A stretch of DNA of 53,618 nucleotides from Octopus bimaculoides. Its lineage: Eukaryota. The stretch is from assembly GCF_001194135.2 (NCBI RefSeq), contig NC_068990.1, positions 33,849,469 through 33,903,086 on the forward strand, read 5' to 3'. A model generated the notes under the pieces. It worked only from the letters and a program-made list of their open reading frames with translations, searched no databases and was not told the DNA's origin. Made by a program: the position numbers and the translations under genes. Shown here piece after piece: positions 24,525 through 37,615 of the stretch; the stretch's first letter is position 1, and each line of letters starts with the position of its first letter.

Positions 24525-25105
24525 ATCTTTTACTTGTTTCAGTCATTTGACTGTGGCCATGCTGGAGCACTGCCTCAAAGGGTTTTAGTCAAACAAATTG
24601 ACCCTGGGATTTATTATTTTAGTCTAGTGCTTATTCTATCAGTCTCTTTTGCTGAACTGCTAAGTTACGGGGATGCAAATACACACACACACATATATGA
24701 CAAGCTTCCTTCAGTTTTTTATTTCTTTATTGCCCACAAAGGGCTAAACATAGAGGGGACAAACAAGGACAGACAAAGGGGTTAAGTTGATTACATCGAC
24801 CCAGTGCATAATTGGTACTTAATTTATCGACCTCGAAAGGATGAAAGGCAAAGTCGACCTTGGTGGAATTTGAACTCAGAACATAACGGCAGCCGAAATG
24901 CCGCAAAGCATTTCGCCTGGCGTACTAACGTTTCTGCCAGCTCGCCGCCTTCAGTTTCTGTCAACCAGATCCACTCACAAGGCTTTGGTTGGCCTGAGGT
25001 TATAGTAGAAGACAATTGCCCAGAATACCATGTAGTGGGACTGAACCCAGAACCATGTGGTTGGGAAACAAGCTTCTTCAGACACAGCCATGCCTCTGCC
25101 TATAT
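24525..25105 (-). mobile_element. SINE family A copy interrupted by a SINE B insertion
   Basis: Family A head at about 24950-25105 and tail at about 24525-24717, with family B in between. Confidence 0.8.
24718..24947 (-). mobile_element. Young SINE family B with 10-bp TSD
   Basis: CpG-rich copy. CCTTCAGTTT is duplicated at 24708-24717 and 24948-24957. Confidence 0.85.
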
Positions 25106-26334
25106 ACATATTATTCTACCCATTAATGGTATTTGTCTAATTTGAGTGTAAAACTTGTATTCTTATGACAACCCATATTTGTGTTTTCATTCTATTTTAT
25201 ATGCTTCAACTGCTCCCCTTGTTTGATATCTAGAAGCTTGTTATTGTCATATGTGGATGGATACAGATGCATTCTCTCCATCTACTTTGATGGTGAGTAC
25301 TCAGTATTCCACAGACACAAGTACCCTTAATTCTTATGAATTACATTAAGAAGAATCGGCAAGATGAAGTATGTAACAATGTTGTACCTTAGAATTATAG
25401 ATGCAACCCATCCGATGTGTTTTTGCGCAGTTTTTGTCAACTCAATTTCACTGACAAGTTATGGGTTGATCTGAGGATACATAAAATGACATTTGTCCAA
25501 GATATCCCAGCAACGGGATTAAATTCAGGACCTTGTCATTAGAAAGTTAACTTCTCACCCATTTGGCCATGCTGTGCCTATACTGTCACTTGTGCTCAAT
25601 GTCCAAAACCCTTATTACATATCTGATAGATCATCAATCACAGTGAATCTTGCTATTACATAGTCACTGCCTTTGTATCACACTTGCTGTACACATTATA
25701 GTCTTTCTCCATCTTCTACAGACAGAATCCATTCATCCATTTCAAGGTCTATCATTCTTAGCTTAATCACATGATAATGTACTTCCAGTAAATCATTCAA
25801 TAAGATAATAGTAGGTACTGTTTAGCCTTGGGTCATCCCTACTCAAGTTGACTAATAATCAAAGGCATTCCAACCATGACGGTTTAGTTTTTTTAAATAT
25901 ATTTACAATTATATCATGACAAATATCTTTTTGAGACAGTAATGTGTTACTTGAGTGGACCTGGTTGCTACTTCTAATATGTCAAATTACCATGTATTAG
26001 CAGCACAAGATTATAGTCATTACTGAAGATATGTCTACATTAACAAAGCTAAATTAATAACTAATATTGGTTCTGATTACATTAAATCTTAGCTCAAACA
26101 AATGAGGGAGGCTTTATGTAGTCATTTGGTCTTTTAGATATTACTTCAAATATATGTCTTGTTATAAACAACAACAGCAAAAGGAATAAATGCATTTGTT
26201 AATGAAGTCTGATACACATTTTGTCTGAAAAATTAACTGGATGGTCACAACTGGAACATACATGCTCATAGGTCTACATAATTGAGACAGACAAGAGGAT
26301 AATTAGCAACAATGGCCATTAATACTATCGCTGC

Positions 26335-26462
26335 TGAGACCCCGCTCGGTCATGACTGACCATGGGATTGCACCTAGAAAGTTACCGTCCCAGGCACAAG
26401 TCCGGGCAAGGTTGTTTATGGAAGACCAGCAGTCGCCCATGCATACCAGCCTTCCCTCTCCA
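26335..26462 (-). mobile_element. 3' fragment of SINE family E
   Basis: GAGACCCCGCTCGGTCATGACTGACCATGGGATTGCACCTAGAAAGTTACCGTCCCAGGCACAAG matches 3260 onwards. Confidence 0.85.
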
Positions 26463-27819
26463 TGAAGAAGCCTTTCTAGTTGCTTCTAGTTTGTTTATTT
26501 GCAATTTCTCGTCAATCTAACTCCCATGAAACATTTTTGTGAGGACATATGTTTAGTTTGAGATTTCCACAACTTTATAGGGTTTAAAGATGGTTATTGG
26601 TCTAATCTAAGGAAAAAAAAAAGCCATAGCATATTCTATAAGAATCAATTGGCTATAATCCATACCCATACACACATAATTATTGAGCCAAGAAATCATC
26701 ATAAACTATTGCCATTGTCATCAACACCTTCACTGAAAGTCACTTCACCTATAATCGTTAGTGCCAGCAACAAACTGTATTTATCACCCAAATAAAATGA
26801 TAGTTATTTCTTCTGTAGCCATTCTTGTGTGTTGAGTTATTAAAATTAATTCAAACAAATATAGCATGCGAAACAAAACACGACTACATTGCTCTTTTAA
26901 TAACGGCAACAACGTTCATGATATCAGCAGTAAAACAAAACAATATCAGAAAGGAAATAAAACAACTGTAACAACAATGGAAAAATTAGTAAATCAAAAA
27001 TATTTCCTTGTAGCTTTATTGAATGGTTCTTAAAATTTAATTGAGATATCAACAATCATGAAGATACAAAATTTGCTTAATCTAAAAACAGAATCAAGAT
27101 TTTCTACATCTAAATTCCTTGTCTTGAAACTACCACTGATTTTAATGGGAAGAATTATATGAAAAGATGAAATTAAAATAAAATAGAGTAAAGTTATCTG
27201 AAGAAACAATAGAAATTAAAATACAAAAAGTAAAAAAAGCAAATTAAAAGAATATATAATTATAATAGAAAAAAATTGTAGTCCAGTAACCTTTACAATA
27301 ATTGAAAAGTGAAATTTTATTTCCCTATTTTATTATAGCTATTAGAGACAAGTAGAAGGGGAAAAAACTCAAGTTCTATTTCATATAATTTCATTTTAAT
27401 TTAATTTATTTTTTTTATTATTTTAATATGGCAATGACTTAATGTTTCATATACATTTTTGTAGCTATTTTTTGTTATTGCCAAAAATGCTCTGAAAATG
27501 TTTAATATTGTTGGTTGTGATTAATATATTTTAATTTAGCCCATAAAGATTATAGCTTAACAAAGGAGAGAAACTGAATGAAAACAGAAAAAGTTTATAT
27601 TAAAAATAACAACAACAATAATGATATAATGACATAGCAACAACTGTTAAACTTTTCAAATACATATGAAACTGTGGGTCATTTCAATATTTAGAAATTT
27701 CAACACATGCCCCTGCAGAAGATTCATTCATAAATGTAACAGGACTCATTTATAAGTAACTGAAATGAGATCCATAAGAAACAAAATCCATTGAAGAGTT
27801 TAATAAGACCCAACTGAGC

Positions 27820-28148
27820 ACTCCATCGATTACAACGATAAGGTTCCAGCTGATCCAATCAAAGGAACAGCCTGCTCAAGAAATTAATACGCAAGTGGCT
27901 GAGCACTCCACAGACATGCATTCCTTTAATGTAGGTCTCAGGGAGATTCAGTGTGGCACAGAATGTGACAAGGCTTGACCTTTGACATATGGTACTTTTC
28001 ATATTTGCCAGTTGAGTGGACGAGAGCAACATGAAATAAAGTGTCTTGTTCAAGGACACAGCACACCACCAGGAACTGAACTCATCGAACACACAGCCTT
28101 ACGATTGGGAGCTGAATGCACTAATCACTAAGCCACGTGCCTTCACAT
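27820..28148 (-). mobile_element. SINE family F copy
   Basis: CACTCCATCGATTACAACGATAAGGTTCCAGCTGATCCAATC..GCAAGTGGCTGAGCACTCCACAGAC is the reverse complement of the 12713-13092 tail. tRNA-like head at the right end. Confidence 0.8.
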
Positions 28149-28264
28149 TGGACCCATTCATAAGTTTAATAGGATTCATCCATAAGAACAATAGAATCCG
28201 TTTATAAGTGTAAGATTCCCTGAAAAATCACTAAATTCTAAGATGGGTTTATACTTAAGTAGGT

Positions 28265-28850
28265 TTTATCTACTTTGTGTATGTGTATACATGTATTCAA
28301 GTGTGTGCAGTTAAATGTGTTGCTGCATTTGTGTGTGTAACTGTGTTGTCTGTGTGTATATGTTTGTTTACATAAGACATTTGTGTGCATATGTGTTCTT
28401 CCATCTGTCTTTATATGCATGTACCTGCATTTATGTGTGTGTTTGCATGTATGTATGTTTTTGAGTGTATCTGAGATTGTGTGTGTATGCATGGGTTTAT
28501 GTATTTGTGTATTTATATGAGTATGTGTTTAGTATGCATTCGTGTGCACATACGTGTTTGTGTATAAATGTAATTGTGTGTATGTGTGTGTTTCAATTGT
28601 ATATGTGAACGTGTTCACCTGTATCCATGTTTCAGTGTCTGTGCTTGTGTTTATGTATGTGTCTGCTTATGTTTATCTGTATTTCTGTGTGTAATTGTCT
28701 GTGAGTGTGTATGTGTTCATGTTTATGCATGTGTGTGTTTGTGTCTATGTTTTGTGAGTGTCTTTTGTGTGCTTGAGTTTATATTTTGGTACACGTGTGT
28801 GTGTGAATGTATGTGTGTGTGAGCATGTGTGTGTATTGAGAGACAGAGAC
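28265..28850. repeat. Degenerate (TG)n-rich low-complexity tract
   Basis: Visible TG/TATG runs. Source of the spurious CVCV and HTHT ORFs. Confidence 0.85.
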
Positions 28851-30229
28851 AGAGAGTAGAATGTTTGCATGAATGTTTGAGAGCTGGTGGAATGTTTGTG
28901 TGTGTGTCTTTCTCTCTCTAGTGGCAAGCAGGCAGAACTGTTACCATGCCAGGTGAAATGTTTAGCAGTATTTTGTCAGTCCTTACATTCTGAAACCAGT
29001 GTTGGTTTGTTTGCATCCTCGTAATTTACCAGTTTGGCAAAAAGAGTCTGGTACTTAAAGAATGAACTGTATCACTTAATAAAATGCTTAACTAATAAGT
29101 TTTGCGTTATATCATGCTGACAATTTCTAAAAAGAATGAAATTTAAAGAACTTTGTAATAAGCAAACAAAAAAAATTGAATTTTATGCATCTTTTTCCTT
29201 ATAACCCTGTAATTTCAAATTCAAATTTCCAATCCCACCAAATATCATGAAGAAATTATTATCTTCCTTGCATCATAATTTCAATCAGTAGGGGAACTAG
29301 CTGAGTTCAAAAACAAGATTTGATTTTTACTGCCATCTCCCTAATTCATTACTGGCTCCTATAAAATCAATCAAATTCTGTGAGCTATATGAATGGTCAA
29401 TGGTGATCACTTGACCAGCTGGAATTCTGAAGCTTGCCTTGCAAATGGCTAAATTATTTACACCCTGCCATTCATAACATCAGAATCATTGATTTCACTT
29501 GATTTCGAATATCAAGTAAACATTTTCTATATTATCACAATGACAGTTATGATGACAATATCATTTTCATTAATTCTTGAAAAGTAACTATGTATACAAT
29601 GTTCTCATCCAACCTTAACATCAAGTAAGATTAAATGGTCAACCTTTCTGGTAATCCATTAACTCTATTTCTGTATCACCAGAAGATATTATAAATGCTA
29701 TCATGCTACTTGTTACTAAGCTGCCTCAATCACCCTTTGTACCTTTGTACCTATACTACCCATCCAACTCCCCCCGTGAGCAACCTAGTTGGAATTCTCT
29801 GTCTTACATCTTGCACATGTGTCAATCAATTCATCTCAACGAACAACCATAGCAGTAAACCTGAAATTAAGCAGCTGGAAACAAACTGTCAGAGCACCTA
29901 CTTTCAATGAGATGGTTTAATGATGGTCAAGGTTTTATAATTATGCATGCTGTACAGCATAATTAAATTGGCTGGAGCTTTATCATAGAATGCAGAATTA
30001 ACAGGGGGTATTTATCAGGTTACCAACACTAAAATCTCTGCCCAATTTCAGTTTTAATTCCCATCTATTGTTCTAGACAGGATACTTTCAATTCAACTGA
30101 TGGAGCCATGTCTCTCCAATAGACTACAATAAGCAACTCCATTTTATCTTTATCATTTTATTTTATTTAATTTTCTACAAAGATTGGTTCATTCAGAATT
30201 TTCAACTTTCTAGACATGCAATCACACAT

Positions 30230-30620
30230 GCCACCTTTACTACTCTTACAAAAGCAACAGTGCAGCTGTTGCTCCTTTTACTCACAGAGACATCTTAGAT
30301 TACGTGCAAAGAAAGGCCGCCCAACTGCTAGACAAAAAGTCACACACACACACACACACACACAACGAACTCCAGGCCACAGAGACATGCTGAGATTTTT
30401 CTTTGCCTCTTCTACCACTATTACTGAGGGCCTTGGCTCTTTTGAGTTGTTCAGCCTTGTGCCACTTCAATTCAGGATTACCCTCTTCTCTCATCTCTGG
30501 CTTTCATTATTTGCATTGTGTCCACCCCAACTAGGCCCTAGACTAGCTACACTACACCAGCCATTCCTACACAGACAGTCAGATCTCTGAAATTCTTTTT
30601 CTGCACATTTTGTTTTCTAT
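30230..30620 (+). mobile_element. Second degenerate Jockey/CR1-group fragment
   Basis: DILDYVQRKAAQLL, GGCCACAGAGACATGCT and TCTTCTACCACTATTAC parallel the 19850-20010 segment. Confidence 0.5.
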
Positions 30621-30639
30621 TCTTTTAAGAGGAATATGG

Positions 30640-30785
30640 TGAGTTGGCAGAACCGTTAGCATGATGGGTGAAATGCTTAGCAGTATTTCATCTGTCCTTA
30701 CATTCTGAGTTCAAATTTCCCCAAGGTTGACTTTGCCTTTCATCCTTTTGGGGTCGATAAAACAAGTATCAGCTGAGCACTACTT
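30640..30785 (+). mobile_element. SINE family B copy (3'-incomplete)
   Basis: GGTGAGTTGGCAGAACCGTTAGCATGATGGGTGAAATGCTTAGCAGTATTTC..CTGAGTTCAAATTTCC..GGGGTCGATAAAACAAGTA. Confidence 0.8.
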
Positions 30786-31760
30786 CTGGGTATGAGTTTA
30801 AAAAAAATTGCACCCCTCTGCAAATCCATGTTGAGCCAGTGTGACAGAGTAGGCTTATCAAACCAGAATGATCTCAAGCTCAAATTCATGGACTTTACAT
30901 CAGCCTATGGTTGGTGGACAGAACATGCTGAGGCTTTCATCCCACAATGGACTGAACATAGGCAAGGCAATCCAATCCAATCCAATCAGAAAAGCAACAT
31001 TAGTGACATTTAACTTACTAGTCAGGAGATAGAGGAAGACCACAGGAACAAAGATTTCCAACATATTACAGGTACCATTATATTTATTCCAAACACAATG
31101 GAAAGTTGACAAAGTTTTAGTAGAATTTGAACTTGGAAAGTGTAAATTCCAGACAGAATGGGTAGGTGGTTCTGCAAGCTGATCTAGGTATATACACACC
31201 ATTTATCAACAAACAGGATATGTTTTCCGTGATAAAGCGCAGTGAGTGGCTAGTTCCCCAGTTCAAATCTGCCTCAAGCATAATTGGACTGATAATATTA
31301 CGAAAAAGAATGATCCAGTTCACTATATCACTGAGTCAGCCATCCCCATCACCTGAACAGTAAAGAATTTTATGTTGGAAAACCTTATTTTAAAACAATG
31401 ATGTGCAATAAAAATTTGACATTCAGTTTATTTCTGGCAGGCATGTGCAAAATAATTAAGGAAGATGGAACTGGAAACTGATATACAAAGTACCAAAAAA
31501 TAAAACCCCACCAAAATCTTAAGTTCTATCTCTTTGGAAACATCTGTCTGGTATAAAATTATTGGATTGTGTCTTTAGAAAAAAAATGAGGATTACAGCT
31601 AAATCAATAATGGTTTGAGATGAATTGAATGGTAGCAATTTTCAGAAAAACAAATAGCAGTTAAATTAATGACGATAATGATTAGAAAACAATTACAATG
31701 ACAGTGTTTGATCAAGCTGAGAGTCAATAGAGGTGAGGATATTTGATGGCACTACATTTA

Positions 31761-31991
31761 TTAACCCTTTTGATACTAATCTGCCTGAAACTGCCTCTGG
31801 CTCTGTAGTACAAATGTCTTGCTTTCAAAAGTTCTGAATAAAAATCTTCCACCAAATCTTAGTCACAATTTATGTTCCTAACTCTAGCTTAATGATAACT
31901 AAGTTATTTTACTAAATTCTTTGTTATATTTAAAATTAATTGAAAGGAACACGGAGTATCTCAATAGAAATAAGGTAACAAAAGGGTTTAA
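31761..31991. mobile_element. piggyBac-type MITE (TTAA-CCC...GGG-TTAA)
   Basis: TTAACCCTTTTGATAC at the left end and GTAACAAAAGGGTTTAA at the right. Confidence 0.75.
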
Positions 31992-32013
31992 CAGTCTTCT
32001 TAATAACTTGTGC

Positions 32014-32382
32014 TTATTACCTCCACCTTCGCTAAGGCAGAGGTATTGCTTTCAGTCATATTTATTTGTTTGTTTGTGGGCAAGATATCTCAAGAACCGC
32101 TGGATGTATTCAAATGAAACTCTCAGGGATGTCTGACCTCATGACTGACACAAACTGATTAGATTTTGGGGATTGATTTGGTACTGGACAAGGATTCTGG
32201 ATTATTTTTCTGGTCTTTTTACTTAATTTTTGAGCGGTCAGGTTCATTTTTAATATTCTCATTTGTGAGAGCAGTCGAGTTTATTTCAGATATTCTCATT
32301 TTAAAAATCATCTCTGGCTAATCATTGAGAGAATGTTAGCGATGCCTTGGCAGAGGTTTGCACTCTCTGAGTGTTCTTGTTT
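32014..32382 (+). mobile_element. Helentron/HINE-like non-autonomous element
   Basis: 5' TTATTACCTCCACCTTCGCTAAGGCAGAGGT palindromic subterminal repeat, 3' CCTTGGCAGAGGT partner, terminal hairpin GCACTC-TCT-GAGTGT, then TCTTGTTT. Confidence 0.55.
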
Positions 32383-33297
32383 TCAATTAATTTCTCTTTC
32401 TTCTTCCCTAAAATTCAAAGATAAAACGTTTTATTGCTTTTACGTGATTCAGCCAGAGGCTGGGGCATCACCTTAAAGGGTTTAGTGAATCAAATAAACA
32501 TCACTGTTAAGTAGTCTGATGTTTATTCCATCCTATGTTTGCTAAGCTTCTAAATTTGAGGGACATAAGCAACACCAGTTGTCAGGCAATGATAAGCAAC
32601 ACAGTCTCTCTCTCACAAATACACACACACACACACACAAACGTGCATACAAGCATGCATGCATACACACACAATGTACACACAGATGCGTATACACACA
32701 CAAGACAGGGTTTTGCAGTGATGTTTGTCTACCAAATTCACACATAAGGGTTATAATAGAAGACTGTAGATCAAAGTACTATGCTGTAGGATTGAACCTA
32801 AAACCATGTTGTAATAAAGCAAACTTCATACCTCAGAGCCATGCTGCTTAAAATTATTTTTTCTTTTATATAATAAATAATTTCTACAGAGACTTTAAAG
32901 TATATGTCAAGAATTTTTTTTATTTTATTTTGCAAAAGATATGACCATCTCAAGAGTAGCAACAGTTTAGATCAAATGAGATAGCTTCATCTAAATAAAC
33001 CTTATTCCTAGCTTTAACAAATTTGTATATTTGTAAATGATGCCATTGCCTAAGTGAACCAACTGTAAACAGTGTCTGTAGCTAGGCAAATAGGTTTGTA
33101 GTTTATTATTGATTTTGAAATATGTGTGATGTCGCACTTCCATTTTGTTTTTTAGTATGGAGAAAACAGAATCTTTGCTCTTTTACAAGACCGACACTGG
33201 TAGGAAAGAGGAGTGTATCATCAAACTGGATGTATACCTTGAATGCTTGCAGCAGAGTGGATCCTGTTAATGGCACACAAGGTACCTGGTTGCAGTA

Positions 33298-33515
33298 TTA
33301 ACCCTTTAAATTTCATATTAGTCTATAAAAGGTAATGCTTTTTTATTCACTTTGTTTTGAATAAATTATGAATTATTTTGCAGCTACGAGATTTTGATAA
33401 GATAACTATTAATTTTTAGAATGGTATTATGGGGTTGGTGTGAGAGACTAGATCTGGCCAGTTTGAACATAAAACAGGCAGAATATTTTGGCCAATATAA
33501 ATGCTAAAGGGTTAA
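33298..33515. mobile_element. piggyBac-type MITE
   Basis: TTAACCCTTTA ... TGCTAAAGGGTTAA termini. Confidence 0.75.
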
Positions 33516-33785
33516 AGTGGGTGACAGATTATGTCTATCACCCATGTAGGCCATGGTGGGATTTGAATTCAGAATGCAAAGAGCTACAACACATACAGTA
33601 AGTTTTTTGTCAGACATTCTCACAGTTCCAATAATCCCCCACTCTGGATTGGTACTTTATCTATTGATCCCAAAAGGATGAAAGGTTAAGTTGACATTGG
33701 TGGGATCTGATCTCAGGGTACAGAAAGTTAGATTGATGTTTTAAAGAGTCTGCCAATTCACTACCATTCCTTGTACAACTGTTCT

Positions 33786-34014
33786 TTGAATCCTTTACCA
33801 TTCAGACTACTCTGTCAAATGTAATACTTATTTATTCACGATGTTTTCAATTAATCATGCATTATCTTGTAGCCTTGAGATTTTAATGATGTGAACGTAT
33901 ATTCTTAGAATGACATTGTAGGATAAGTACGAGAGGTCAGATTTGACTGGTTTGAACATGGAAGAGGTAGAACACTTGAGCCAGATATGGCTGGTTTATC
34001 TGCTAATGGGTTAA
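33786..34014 (-). mobile_element. piggyBac-type MITE, uninterrupted relative of 39150-39656
   Basis: Degenerate left end TTGAATCCTTTACCATTCAGA, right end GCTAATGGGTTAA. The body is the reverse complement of the 39150 element without its insert. Confidence 0.7.
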
Positions 34015-34704
34015 TGCCAGCACATTTCAGTTCCTTTAGATCACAATAATAAATATAAAAAACTTCAATGAAAATTACATACCACACTAATGAGGGAGTG
34101 ATTTTTTTTTTATCATTCCATTCATGTGACAGAGGTTAGGGAAAGCTTCTGGCAGTACTAACAACCATTGTAGTTTAACAAAATAGCATTGTAGCCACAA
34201 GATATACACACTTGGTTCTTCTCATGCACACACATAAATTCACTCATCTACTCCGTTGAAAAATACAAAAAACACTTGAAGAAATCCTACTTTGGAACAA
34301 AAGTAGTTTTTAAATGAATTATTTAATTGAAATTTCCAATCCATCAATAGCTCCATACTTTTCCAGAACTTTCTCCAATCCAACCTCTCTCTCTCTCTCT
34401 CTGTCCTATAAACAATTTCCTCATTAATAAATTACAAGTCTAAATATAAATTTACCAACAAACACAACTGACCTAATTGAAAAAATGCAGTCTCTCTCAA
34501 CTAAATTTCATATATTCCTATATAGTCGATTCTATTTTCATCATCGTTGCTAAATCAGAACAAAATATTTGGTATCTTAATGGACTAGTCCACCTAGCTG
34601 TAAAATGGTTCATTTGAAAAATATGGGTTACTATTGTCATCTATTGTATGATTAACAATTACATGCTGTGTATTCCAGTAAAAAAAAGCAGTAAAGTTTC
34701 TTCC

Positions 34705-34945
34705 CAAGTCACACAGACTCATAGGGCTGGTTTCCCGGTTTCCATGTCATGTAAATTTCCCACCTGGATGAGACGACAGTCCATTGCAGGATTACTCATT
34801 TTTGCCAGCTGAGTGGACTGGAGTAAAGTGAAATGAAGTGTTTCTCTCAAGAACACAACGCATTGCCCAGCCCAGGAATCAAGACCACAATTTTACAATC
34901 ATGAGTCCAACACCCTAACCACTAAGCCATGTGCCTTCACTGCAT
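34705..34945 (-). mobile_element. tRNA-derived SINE with Meta-domain-like segment
   Basis: Minus strand TGGCTTAGTGGTTAGGGTG head, CTGCAATGGACTGTCGTCTCATCCAGG and GAAACCGGGAAACCAGCCCTATGAG. Sister copy at 47385-47625. Confidence 0.7.
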
Positions 34946-35170
34946 ATTCCAGTATAAAAGTCAGACTTTTCTGACCAAAATTTACATCCAAAAGAGGTAG
35001 ATCAACGAAAAAAACCAAGACGACTTTGAAGAAGCAAAAATTCCATGTCAAATGCAGCAGGCTCTGGAAAGATAGTGACAATCTTTGAATGTTTACACTA
35101 TTTACTACATCAACTTGTATGCTAGAAAAACAACAGTTATCATATGCAGCTTAGCTAGAATCATTTAATG

Positions 35171-35815
35171 CAGTGGTTCCCAAGCCTTTTTTTTCATAAG
35201 GACCCCCTTGGTTCCTATTTCACTCTGTTGTACCCTCATAGCCATTGAGTGTTTAAAAAAATTCTATTGTATTTTTATAATTAAGTATTATTAGGAATTG
35301 TGCACTTGCACACAGGAGAGTTGTGTGGTAAGAAACTTGCTTCCCAACCACATAGTTCTGGGTTCAGTCCTATTACATGGCACCTTGGGCAAGTATCTTT
35401 ACTATTATAGCCTTGGGCCGACCAAAGCCTTGTGAGTGGATTTGGAAGACGGAAACTGAAAGAAGCCTGTCATATATATATATATATATTGAGACCCCCT
35501 TCAGTTATGACTGACCATGGGATTGCACCTACAAAGTTACACTCCGAGGCACGAGTCTGGGCAGGGTTGTTTATGAAAGACCAGTAGTTGCCCACGCATA
35601 CCAGCCTCCCCTCTCCACGCCACTGATGTTATCCAAGTGGAAGGCAAAGGCCGATACAGCTTGGTACCAGTGACGTTGCAACTCATTTCTACAGCTGAGT
35701 GAACTGAAGCAGTATGAAATAAAGTGTCTTGCTCAAGAACACAACATGCAGCCCGGTTCAGGAATCGAACTCACAACCTCACGATTATAAGCTCAATGCT
35801 CTAACCACTAAGCCA

Positions 35816-35900
<85 letters not shown>

Positions 35901-36213
35901 ATTTGTGCTCCCTGCCATTGCTTGACGACTGATGTTGGGTTGTTTATGTCCCCTTAACTTAGCAGTCTGGCAAAGGAGACCAATAGAATAAGTACTAGGC
36001 TTACAAAGAATAAGTCCTGGTGTCGATTTACTCAACTAAAGGCGATGCTCCAGCATGGCCACAGTAAAATGACTGAAAAAAGTAAAAGATAAAACAATTG
36101 TTAAAATATTTTGTGCATTTTAGAAGCATAAGCAATGTATTTCATGTAAATTTTAACAACAAAATCTTACATGGATCCCTAAGGGCCAGATGGACCCCAG
36201 CTGAGAACCACTG
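35171..36213. mobile_element. hAT MITE containing SINE A, which contains SINE E
   Basis: TIRs CAGTGGTTCCCAAG and GCTGAGAACCACTG. Imperfect 8-bp TSD ATTTAATG/GTCTAATG. SINE A head about 35310-35490 and tail about 35891-36090. SINE E (minus) at 35491-35820 sits in the (TA)n of SINE A. Confidence 0.85.
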
Positions 36214-36904
36214 GTCTAATGGATAGATGCTCTTTTTAAAGATGAGAAGATACATCACCAATGAATTTTAACAGACATGGCTCAGTAGTTAAGAAGTTGT
36301 TTTGTAACTATGAGATCTTGTGTTGGGTCCCACAGTACAGCATCTTGACCATGTGTCTTTTAACATATGCCTGAGGTGAACCCAACCTCTGTGGATGAAC
36401 TTGGGCAGATGGAAATTGTGAGGAAGTCTGTTGGATGGTTTGTGCTGGTAATTCACAACGATAGCTTTGTCACATACTGAGCACACCTGAGAACACATAT
36501 TAAGAGCACACCTGTCTGTGAAATAGGTACTAATTTTTAACTGGTAGTTTTTCAACCCAGTGAAGATAAAAGACAAAGCTGACCTTGGCAACAATTGTAC
36601 TCGCAACATAAATATTCATAGCTAATGATTTTGCCAATCTACTAATAATAATACAAATAATACTTAACATAGCAGCAGCAGCTGTGGTGGTGGTGATGGT
36701 GGTGGTGGTGGTGGTGGTGGTGTATGTAGTGGCAATGGTAGTGATGGTAGCAGCAAAATTTTCAGTATTTTAAATGTGAAATGTGTGTTGTTTATAATTG
36801 CAACAGCAGCAACCGCAGAAGTAGTTATAGCAGCAGCAATAACAGCAGCAGCATTACTTATAAGTGATAGCAGGTTTATATTACTATCAATGAATTATAT
36901 GACA

Positions 36905-37125
36905 GGTCACTATGCCAATGGGTTATATGATAAATCATTGTCACAAGTGGTTATATGATACACCAGTCACAGTTGGTTATATAATGTATCATTGTGTTGG
37001 TAGGTTATATGATATATTGCTATCTTAATGGGTTTTATGTGTCACTGTTACAACAGGTCATAAGACAGGTCTCTTTCTCAATGGGTTTATGCTCGCCTTT
37101 GTCCCAGTGGGTTACATAAACTCAC
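36905..37125. repeat. Degenerate minisatellite, about 27-bp period, about 8 units
   Basis: GGTTATATGAT-like cores at about 36921, 36949, 36975, 37003, 37031, 37056, 37084 and 37109. Confidence 0.7.
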
Positions 37126-37494
37126 TTACACATTAACTACTATTCGATTATTGATTTCCATAAAAAGAAACAACTCAATACCATTCCATCGTCTGATCAG
37201 TGTTGGATCAATGAAAAGTAACTGCATGCCTCTTGGGAAAAAACTTATATGGAAATCAAACTAAAGAGATTACCAATATTTAATCATCGAGAAATTGGCT
37301 GCTGTGTAATTTCTCAGCACTTTTCTTTCCAGCAAAGCGATGTTTGTTCCTCTATATTCTACTTAGAGTATTTATGGATGTATATAAGGTTTAATTTATG
37401 AGAGATGGCTGGACAGATGGAAGGATCGATAAAAATGATTCTATCTTGATGTAGTGTGCAAGAGAGGAGACTAAGGAACTGATATGGGCGTATG

Positions 37495-37615
37495 AATACG
37501 TACGAAGGATGTCAGTCGGTTGCATGGAAAAGTGGCAAATGCTTGAAGTGGATGGACGTTGTGGAAGAGGGTGAACTAGGGAGAGATATAATGAAGTGGT
37601 GAAAGAACCATAATG
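37495..37615 (+). mobile_element. Short RTE ORF C-terminal remnant
   Basis: MEKWQMLEVDGRCGRG*TRERYNEVVK parallels VEGTCGRGRPRKIWDEVVK at about 20630-20690. Confidence 0.55.
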
